Assembly: GCF_006345805.1 (NCBI RefSeq)
Contig: NC_043004.1
Location: 16,616,001 to 16,680,000 of the forward strand
Length of the DNA stretch: 64,000 bases
Direction: 5' to 3'
From: Octopus sinensis
Taxonomy: Eukaryota
Numbering within the stretch: position 1 is the first letter of the stretch; the number at the start of each line of letters is the position of its first letter. Under the pieces are notes generated by a model. The model did not search any database. It worked only from the letters and a program-made list of their open reading frames with translations, and was not told the DNA's origin. A program made the position numbers and the translations under genes. Of this stretch, positions 13,598 to 23,713 are shown piece by piece.

Positions 13598-14499
13598 AAT
13601 ATAGAAGGTCCTGAAAACTCCAAATTTGAAACCGCCATTCTTGTGTGTTTTTTCTTAGTTGATGAAGAATATGAAACAGAAAACCAAATATAAAATGTGG
13701 AGGTTATTCCGACCAATCATTTAAAACTTTTTTGCGTCACTGGAGAATGGCAACATTCTCTTATAGAATGATACTCCTATAGTACATGCGTCTGTTACCA
13801 TAATCTCTAAGAGATATAGGGTCCTTTCATTGAAAGTACTATCCAAATGGATGTATTTTATTAGACAAAATGTTGCTAGTTTTAACCATACGAATATTTC
13901 TGACTCGTTTGATAGTAGATCGTAGAAAAGATGGCAGATTTGAAAATTTTAAAGTATTCAGTCAAAAACCTACACATTAAATGACCTAAGGAATATCTAA
14001 AATATGGTTTTCTACGATCTTCGTTAATAAAATATGAAAACATTTGTGCCTGTGCAAGCTTCATGTAAGGAAAGTACTTTACATTCACTTACTGGAAGAT
14101 ATCTTGATCGCTGCCCATGCGCAAGGTTATACGTTTACTGCTCCTGAAGGCAGGAAGAAAGAGACATAGGTAGGTAGATAGATGTATAGACAGATAGTTT
14201 GGAAGTAAGCTATATAATGAATGGATAACGCTTTTGATTTTAATTACATGGATATATCTTCAGAGACAAACATATGAAAGTTTTCATGTATATCAGCTCA
14301 TATTTAATGCGTATATGTTTTTTTATGCATGTGTCTAGGTGTTTATGACTAGCATATCTATACACAGTATTTGTTCGTATACATAAACTCGTATATTGTC
14401 TTACATACCAACACATATACACGAACGTATATACAATGCATATATATTTGTAAACTACGGAGTTTGTATATTGCCATTTGTTTATGTAGGTGTATATAT

Positions 14500-14558
14500 A
14501 TGTATATGTAGGTAAACACAGACACACACACACACACACACACACGCGCACACACGCA

Positions 14559-14634
<76 letters not shown>

Positions 14635-15229
14635 GTATTGGCATCCAGAAGACCCAAGGTGGCAGGTAACACTATGTAAGTGGTATGTAAGGACCGTAGT
14701 TGAACAAGACCTTGGCATTGTTGTCTCATTTTATTTAACACAGACACACACACTCACATACACACACTCACATATATCTATATCTATATGTATATATGCA
14801 TGTATGTAGGTATATATATATATATTCGTATATATATATACATATATGTATATATATATTTGTTATATATATATATACATATATAAACATATGTATATTT
14901 ACATATATATATATAATATATATGTGTGTGTGTGTGTGGTGTGTGTGTGTGTATAGATATATATACATATACATGTATACATATATGTATTGACTATTAG
15001 AATGTCAGTCAACCTCAAAATTATTAAATAATTCGGTTTTACAGGCTGTATAGAATAATACAATCAGTAAATATTTATCTATAATTTCTATAGATTAACA
15101 GTAGTACATATGCATTAAATATAATATAATATATATTATATTACATATATTATATATATATATTATATATATATATATATATAATACCTATATACATAAT
15201 ATACATATGTATATATACATATACATGTA

Positions 15230-15304
<75 letters not shown>

Positions 15305-15340
15305 GTATAGACACACCTATATATATATATATAGAAATTC
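14500..15340. repeat. (CA)n/(TA)n/(TG)n microsatellite clusters
   Basis: Read directly from the sequence. Confidence 0.9.
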
Positions 15341-15401
15341 GGGGTGAGTACTTGATAATTATAAGCACCTGTGTATACCGTTTGGTGTGTAGGGTGGTGG
15401 T

Positions 15402-15747
15402 AATTGATCAAAATAAAAACATGATGCGAAGGATTCAGCGGTACATATGTTTCGGGCCTTTATTAGACAGATTTATAACAATGCATAATGTATGTCTCAA
15501 TGTAGGATGAGATGTAGAAGAAAGAGATGGACGCTTCAATTCTATGCTGCTGCCGCATTATGTCGTACGCGAATGGGAGGATTTGCATCCCCAACAAGAA
15601 TTTTGATGTAACACATGTCCTTGTGGAAGCTGTTGCGCGGCTGAAGAAGGCCACAGATATACATTATGCATTGTTATAAATCTGTCTAATAAAGGCCCGA
15701 AACATATGTACCGCTGAATCCTTCGCATCATGTTTTTATTTTGATCA

Positions 15748-15750
<3 letters not shown>
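15402..15750 (+). mobile_element. 349-bp Penelope-like mini-element with perfect 92-bp terminal inverted arms and a hammerhead motif
   Basis: 15402-15493 is the exact reverse complement of 15659-15750; an HHR spans 15637-15714; (TA)n follows the right end. Confidence 0.75.
15637..15714 (+). ncRNA. Type I hammerhead ribozyme motif with extended stem II
   Basis: Stem I GCGG/CCGC; core CTGAAGA at 15641-15647; stem II GGCC..GGCC enclosing the ACAGAT/ATCTGT hairpin; GAA; stem III AC-ATAT-GT (palindromic ACATATGT); cleavage triplet GUA (A15710). Confidence 0.75.
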
Positions 15751-15792
<42 letters not shown>

Positions 15793-15877
15793 GTAGGTCC
15801 GGGTTGATTCGGGGTTAACCACAGTAAATAAGGTACTCAATATATAGTAGAGTAAAATTAATTTATTATATAGAAGG

Positions 15878-15927
15878 AGCTTCTACAGGACTAGAACTGT
15901 TCATTCAAGAGAAATCTTCAGGAAGCT
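15878..15927 (-). ncRNA. Hammerhead motif, left-arm copy (one A missing in GAAAC)
   Basis: Reverse complement of 18576-18626 except GAACAG instead of GAAACAG; could be a mutation or a homopolymer sequencing error. Confidence 0.6.
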
Positions 15928-16519
15928 AGTTAACAAGAATTGTATTGGCATTTATACATTTAGGCAGGTTTAAAGGGGTGTTGGTGGGGGACTTTTTGGG
16001 GGTAGGCATAGCGCAAAATATCATACTTGGGGAGTGGTCAAGGAGTCAGTGTTAAATTAGATAGAAGAATAAATAAAAAAAAAAAATATATAAAAAAATA
16101 TATAAAAATATATATAAAAAAAGGGAATAGAGTTTTAGGTAAATAAGGAGATTCTCACTTATACCTATGCACATATGTATACATATATACACACACATAC
16201 AACATATATACATATACATACACACATACGTACACACACACATATATATATATATACACTTACACATACATATACATATCTACACATACACATATATGTA
16301 TACATACACACACTCACATGCATACACGTATACACACATGTATATATACACACACACGACCACACATACATATACACACAGAAAATATATATACACATAC
16401 ACACACATACTCACATACACGCATACACACACATCCACACACACATATGCACACACAGCACACTAGTCCCTATATACACATATATACACATACACACACA
16501 TATACACACACACATACAT

Positions 16520-16559
<40 letters not shown>

Positions 16560-17176
16560 GTGTACCTATGCATACCTACACATACACACATATATATACA
16601 CATACAAATACAGACCCATTCCCTAATTTTAATTTTATTATCTTCATTTATTACTTTTGTTATCTTTGATCGCTGGTCACAAACATCTTGGCTATGACAG
16701 CCAGTCCATTTATCTGTCTACTGGAAAACAAGCACTCATTTACTCACGCACACTCTTTAGCACGTACACTCACTCATTCGCACACTCATACACATACACG
16801 CACGTCTATATAATAGGTATCCGTCTATATAATAGGTAACTGCACGTACATATACTTAATATTTATTATTTATTTTTTGAGTATGCATGTATGAATAACT
16901 GCGCGTATATATATTTTACTATTTACTTATTTTTTGAGTATGCATGTAAGTATGAATATAAGGAGGCACGTGTGTGTGTGTGTATGTGTAAGCATAGATA
17001 TATGTATACTTTTACGCATGTGTGTACTTATGTGTATATATGGATGCGCGTGTGTGTGTGTGTGTGTGTATGGGTACGCATGTACATGTGTATGTGCGTG
17101 TATGTGTATATGAGTATGTATGTATGTGTGTGCGTATATTTGTATATGTATGTATGTATATGTATGTGTGTGTGTG

Positions 17177-17209
<33 letters not shown>

Positions 17210-17451
17210 ATGTGTATGTATGTATATGTATATGCGTATGTGTATGTATTTGTATGTGTATGCATGCGCGTATATATATGTACGTATATGTATACGTGTG
17301 GGTGTGTGTATGTGTATAAATGTATGTATGTATGGATGTATGGATGTATGTATGTATGTATACGTATGTATGTGTATGTGTGTATATGTATGTATGTGTA
17401 TGTGTGTGTATATGTATATATATATATATATTATATATGTATATGTATGTG

Positions 17452-17491
<40 letters not shown>

Positions 17492-17939
17492 ATGTATGTA
17501 TATATATGTATATATATATATACATGTATGTATTTTATGTAGGTGTATATGTATGTGTGTGTATTTATATTTATTGGTGTATATGTATAGACTAGCCTTC
17601 TAAGAGTGTAGACATGAATCTGTAGGTACGCGTACGTATGTGTATATACGTGAATGTATGTAGATGTATGTATGTATGAAATAACGCGTGCGTGCGTGTA
17701 TGTGTATGAGTGTGCGAATGAGTGAGTGTACGTGCTAAAGAGTGTGCGTGAGTAAATGAGTGCTTGTTTTCCAGTAGACAGATAAATGGACTGGCTGTCA
17801 TAGCCAAGATGTTTGTGACCAGCGATCAAAGATAACAAAAGTAATAAATGAAGATAATAAAATAAAATTAGGGAATGGGTCTGTATTTGTATGTGTATAT
17901 ATATGTGTGTATGTGTAGGTATGCATAGGTACACATATG

Positions 17940-17970
<31 letters not shown>

Positions 17971-18575
17971 TATGTATGTATATGTATGTGTGTGTATATG
18001 TGTGTGTATGTGTATATATGTGTATATAGGGACTAGTGTGCTGTGTGTGCATATGTGGTGTGTGGATATGTGTGTGTATGCGTGTATGTGAGTATGTGTG
18101 TGTATGTATATATATATTTTTCTGTGTGTATATGTATGTGTGGTCGTGTGTTGTATATATACATGTGTGTATACGTGTATGCATGTGAGTGTGTGTATGT
18201 ATACATATATGTGTATGTGTACATATGTATATGTATGTGTAAGTGTATATATATGTATATATGTGTGTGTGTACGTATGTGTGTATGTATATGTATATAT
18301 GTTTGTATGTGTGTGTATATATGTATACATATGTGCATAGGTATAAGTGAGAATCTCCTTATTACCTAAAACTCTATTCCCTTTTTATATATATTTTTAT
18401 ATATTTTTTTATATATTTTTTTATTTTTTTATTTATTCTTCTATCTAATTTAACACTGACTCCTTGACCACTCCCCCAAGTATGATATTTTGCGCTATGC
18501 CTACCCCAAAAGTCCCCCACCAACACCCCTTTAAACCTGCCTAATGTATAAATGCCAATACAATTCTTGTTAACT

Positions 18576-18626
18576 AGCTTCCTGAAGATTTCTCTTGAAT
18601 GAAACAGTTCTAGTCCTGTAGAAGCT
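18576..18626 (+). ncRNA. Type I hammerhead ribozyme motif
   Basis: AGCTTC-CTGAAGA-[T TTC TCTT GAA T]-GAA-ACAG ttctagtc CTGT-A-GAAGCT: stem I 6 bp, stem II 3 bp, stem III 4 bp, GUA triplet. Confidence 0.75.
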
Positions 18627-19399
18627 CCTTCTATATAATAAATTAATATATATATATATATATATAATATATATATATATTCAGAGAGACAGACATATAG
18701 ACAGACAGAAATAATGGAGATTCAGTTGAATTAGGTACTTAAGTTGGAGCACCAAGTCAGTCCGGTATTATCCGCACAGCTCTGATGCATATATAGATAC
18801 AGTTATATACATGTTGTCATACAAACACACATATGTGTGAATAACGTGGTTTGTGTACGTAGAAAGTGGAATAAACTGCTGATTTTCCATTGAGATTACT
18901 TCACGATTTCGTCCATTAGAATCTTCTGACAGTCTCTGTCATTTGTCAAAAATTTTCTGCAATCATACTTTGACAAAAAATCATCTCCGTTTTCTTAGGG
19001 AACGCACATCTTAGCTTGATTTCAAAAGTAATTTTAAATTCACTATTAATATATTCTAAAATTCCAAATTGTGATACTAATATATTTTTTCCAGAAAATC
19101 AAAAACGAAAGCACTATGCCCATAACTATTCATTACTAACGTTATTCATGAAAATTAATACAATCCGCATATTATTATCAACAGTGAAACCAAATACATG
19201 TTACCTTAAACTATGCCATAGATAAACAGAAAATATATTATGTTCCTGTGCTATAGCCAATATTTTGCCATGATCACATTTGCAATACTTATGCTAAAAT
19301 AAGCGTTAGACGCACATTCTAATGGGGTGTTTTTGTTTGTTTTGTTTTGTTTTTTTTTCAGAATACTTTATACTATTGCGGGTAGATTCGTACTGAGTT

Positions 19400-20551
19400 T
19401 GCTCTTTACAATAAGTTGAAATAAGGCTTATATCAGATTCAGCAGCTCTTCAAAGGCAGCTCTTCAGCAATGGAAACGGCAAGAAATATTTATTCTCCTT
19501 ATGGAAATGAAACTTTAAATGTCCAGACATGCCAACGATGGTTTTACCGTTTCACCCAAGAAATATTTCTCACGCATTTCTGCCTTCATCTAGACGACCA
19601 CTGTCTGTTAATATTGACCCTCTGAAACACCGTAGTTGAGTTCAAACAAGCTGCTCGACAATTAACCACGCCCTTCAGTTCATGTCACACATCGATAATA
19701 AAACATTTTCATAAACTTGGAAAAACTTATCTAAACGTAGTCAGTTGGTTCCTCGACACCTGACTGCTTCTCAATTTAATGAAAAAGTTGGCCTCTCTTC
19801 GTCGTTGAAGAGTAGACTCGCTGTTGCATCTTCCCTCGGTAGAAATGATGAAAAGCGTGTTCCAAATAATCATTTCCAATGTAAACGACAATGGCCTATA
19901 CCTAATGAAAATGAAGAATCTAAACCAGAACTACACCCGAAAAAGTGTTTGATGGGATATGATAGGTGTCACCTATCAGGGAGAGTTAAACAGAAACGAG
20001 ACGGGTAATATGGAGAATTATTGATGCCAGTTTGAGTCACCGCACGGAAATTTGTTGTTCCCACACATTGATGCACACCACATATTAACAACGGTACTCA
20101 GGAAAAAGTTATGGCTCTAAATGTAGACATTTTGTCACATCAGCCTTAGTCTCCTGACCTTGTTACTTCTGACTAATATCTTTTCAGTTCATTGCAATAT
20201 TATTTAGTTGCAAAAACAATTGAGAAAAGCTAAAAGATGGTATTCGGTGATCCTTTGCTTTGAAGCCTGATATTTACTTCCGAGAATCAACAATTTCCCA
20301 AATATATATCTTTTCAGTTCATTGCAATATTATTTAGTTGCAAAAACAATTGAGAAAAGCTAAAAGATGGTATTCGGTGATCCTTTGCTTTGAAGCCCGA
20401 TATTTACTTCCGAGAATCAACAATCTCCCAAATATATAATAGTGCGTTATTAATAATAAGGGAAAATACAACCTTAATTAACTATATCAATTAAGACGAA
20501 AGGGAGTTCTGTCAAATAGTGAAATGTGACCGAACTTTCTCTTCAACCTAA
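19400..20551 (+). mobile_element. Decayed mariner element with an internal 130-bp tandem duplication
   Basis: WVPRHLT, DEKRV, KPELHPKK and P*SPDL motifs; right TIR (reverse complement TTAGGTTGAAGAGAAAGTTCGG) ends at 20551 followed by TA; left end uncertain; 20176-20305 is duplicated at 20306-20435. Confidence 0.8.
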
Positions 20552-20719
20552 TACATCAAGATTAAGGATCTGGAAGTTAATTTTGTCTAACTGTAAGTGT
20601 TGTTTAGTTTATGCAGCTAAATTGGATTAGTTAGCAATTAAATATTAAACAAATAGGATTTTTTAAAAGAAAGCTACTAATATAAAAATAAAAATAAAAA
20701 TAACTTTACTGCAGTTAGC

Positions 20720-21110
20720 TTCCTAAATAATAACGAGGATATTTTCGGTTTGAGCGGCAGTTTTTCTAGCGGTGTCATATGAAATTTTCACTCATAATTA
20801 TGACCCTAGTATCGATCTATTGCATTTCAATCTGTTTTAGGGTTAGTTTTAGTTAGGGTTAGGCTTAGGGGAGGTGGAAGGGTATCTTTTTTTCTTCAGA
20901 AATGTAAAGAAACCCAATCTGTTTCTTAAACGAGGGACATATTCATACGGCACAGAATGTATTTTACCCCAATAGATGTCAGTGATTGGTTGAAATTGCA
21001 GAAATTGAAGAAAAAAAGCAACAACTATCTTACAAACTATAGAATTTTCTCAATAAAGCCAAGAGAAAAATATGTTTTATAAACACATTCTACCAGTATA
21101 CGAAGTTTAA
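20720..21110. mobile_element. Non-autonomous repeat with degenerate TTAGGG array (Helentron/HINE-like, tentative)
   Basis: 'ttttagggttagttttagttagggttaggcttagggg' at 20836-20872 within non-coding sequence; the family call is inference. Confidence 0.35.
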
Positions 21111-21173
21111 CTTTATTTTCACATCTTTTCCGAAATTGTCTACTTTTAGGTTTCAATCTTTAAACTCCTTTAA

Positions 21174-21535
21174 GGCAGCGAGCTGGCAGAAACGCTAGCA
21201 CGCCGGGCGAAATGCTTAGTCGTATTTCGTCTGCCGCTACGTTCTGAGTTCAAATTCCACCGAGGCCAACTTTGCCTCTCATCCTTTCGGGGTCGATATA
21301 ATCGACTTAATCCGTTTGTATATCCTTCTTTTTCCCATCTGTGTGTAGCTCCTTGTGGGCAGTAAAGAAATATGTATTTCATCTGTCTTTACGTTCTGAA
21401 TTCAAATTCTGCCAAAGTCGACGTTGCCTTTCATCCTTTCGGGGTCGTCGATAAATATAATACCAGTTGCGTACTGGGTCGATCTTCTCGACTGGCTCCC
21501 TCCGCAAAATTTTTAGGCCTTGTGCCTAGAGTAGA
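21174..21535 (+). mobile_element. Head-to-tail dimeric tRNA-like SINE
   Basis: ggcagcgagctggcagaaacg...gttctgagttcaaattcc...gcctctcatcctttcggggtcgat, then a second 5'-truncated monomer starting 'gtatttcatctgtctttacgttctg'. Confidence 0.82.
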
Positions 21536-21827
21536 ACGGGATTTTTAAACTCCTGTCCAACAATCTAGAATTCGTTAAGAACTAAAGTAACATATTTAAT
21601 ACCGGTATCTAGAAATAAAATATCAACTTTTTGACAGTGCTTCAACGTGGATCATGAAACCTAACATATCTGACTCATTTTATGTATGTATCGCATTGTA
21701 CAATATCTGAAGGGTAGGTGGTCCTGTAGACCTATACATTTTGAATGTACTCATCTGGAAATTTCCAGCAATAGATTCGGCATGTATCGGGATGATGCAA
21801 TACAGTTGCACAAATGTATGTACGTGA

Positions 21828-21869
<42 letters not shown>

Positions 21870-21880
<11 letters not shown>

Positions 21881-22455
21881 TGCTCGATAGCAACGTTGTG
21901 AAGGAAAGTACCTCGTTTTGTTCCTCATCCTTTGAATTTTAAGAAAGTCTTGCAGATATATGAATTATGTATATTACAGCGAATTCTTATTTTAGACATC
22001 TAAAAACGCTTACCTTATGCATTCAGTACATTTAGGCAACTGATATTGTAATAAATATAGACGATAATATAACTACAGTTATCTTCTTTGGTACTATCAT
22101 TGATTAATAAGTAAATTGATATAACTACTTAAGAATTACAAATGAAAAGTTCACTCATGTATACACAATATCATGCCACGTACATTTTTAAAAGCTCATA
22201 AATATTGGCGGAAGGATTTCAAATTTGTTTACAAAAAGAACTATTTCTTTAAACAAACCCCTGTTACAATTAATGACTTATTAATGGGTTAGAAAGTGGA
22301 ATTACCTACTCCCCTAACTCTCTGTTTCGAAAAAAAGAATTCGCTGTAATATACATAATTTATATATCTGCAAGTCTTTCTTAAATTTCAAAGGATGATA
22401 AACAAAACAAGGTACTTTCCTTTACAATCTTGGTATCAAGTAAATTTACATACAC
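21870..22455. mobile_element. Old MITE/foldback (~115-bp arms, ~80% identity, ~350-bp spacer)
   Basis: taaatttgctcgatagc...ggaaagtacc...ttacagcgaattctt is mirrored by aagaattcgctgtaat...ggtactttcc...gtaaattta; microsatellites lie outside both arms. Confidence 0.7.
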
Positions 22456-22889
22456 ATACATATATATACACACATACATACATACATACATATATACATA
22501 CATACATACATACATACATACACACATACATACATACATGTGTGCGTGTGTGTATGCGTAGTGGGTACATATATGCAGACATAACTACTCGAATAAACAG
22601 GCGACTTATTCAGTTATCTCCTAATAGAAAATCTCGTTACAATATACAATGTAGGTTTAATATGATATATCGCTGAAACACAATGCGGTCACAGAAATTT
22701 GATCGATCGCATCGCTACAGAAGAGGTCACATCATTACCGATAACAGGAAAGGATCCGGTTCAATTATCACATACAAATATTGAGATCATGATAATTTTC
22801 TTCAGCGCTCTAACAATTTGGCCAATCCGCCCTCTTGGACTAGGAGTTTTTTTATAGAGCCGAAAAGGACGAAAGATAAAATAGACATT

Positions 22890-22906
22890 TTAGTAGTAGC
22901 AGTAGC

Positions 22907-22978
<72 letters not shown>

Positions 22979-23030
22979 CGTAGTAGTAGTAGTAGTAGTA
23001 GCAGCAGCAGCAGCAGCAGCAGTAGTAGTG

Positions 23031-23068
<38 letters not shown>

Positions 23069-23641
23069 TGTAGTGGCATCATCAGCAGCAGCAGCAGTCG
23101 TAGTGGAAGCACTCCGTCGGTTACGACAACGAGGGTTCCGGTTGATCCGATCAACGGAACAGCCTGCTCGTGAAATTAACGTGTAAGTGGCTGAGCACTC
23201 CACAGACACGTGTACCCTTAACGTAGTTCTCGGGGATATTCAGCGTGACACAGAGAGTGACAAGGCCGGCCCTTTGAAATACAGGTACAACAGAAACAGG
23301 AAGTAAGAGTGAGAGACAGTTGTGGTGAAAGAGTACAGCAGGGATCACCACCATCCCTGCCGGAGCCTCGTGGAGCTTTAGGTGTTTTCGCTCACAACGC
23401 CCGGTCTGGGAATCGAAACCGCGATCCTGCGACCGCGAGTCCGCTACCCTAACCACTGGGTCATTGCGCCTCCACATCAGCAGCAGCAGCAGTAGTAGTA
23501 GTAGTAGTAGTAGTAGTAGTTAGTAGTAGTAGTAGTAGTAGTAGTAGTAATATTAGTAGTAGTAGTTGAAGTAGTAGTAGTAGTAGTAGTAGTAGCAGCA
23601 GCAGCATTAGTAGCAGCAGCAGCAGCAGCAGCAGCATTAGT

Positions 23642-23712
<71 letters not shown>
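22890..23712. repeat. (TAG)n/(CAG)n triplet microsatellite interrupted by a SINE
   Basis: Read directly from the sequence. Confidence 0.92.
23104..23474 (-). mobile_element. tRNA-derived SINE (OR-type head, tail B) with 24-bp target-site duplication
   Basis: Head TGGAGGCGCAATGACCCAGTGGTTAGG...GGTTTCGATTCC; TSD catcagcagcagcagcagt(c/a)gtag at 23080-23103 and 23475-23498. Confidence 0.88.

Positions 23713-23713
<1 letters not shown>

Larger units (their letters stand above)
15790..18648. mobile_element. 2.8-kb microsatellite-laden foldback element with an HHR in each arm (putative non-autonomous Penelope-like element)
   Basis: Arm 15852-16804 is the reverse complement of ~17690-18648 (high identity, differing mainly in microsatellite and homopolymer length); ~885-bp spacer; (TA)n flanks; related copy at 58.6-60.3 kb. 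Confidence 0.8.

Noticed and set aside
13590-14100. Possible terminal region of a DNA transposon
   Set aside because: No matching inverted end or coding motif identified.
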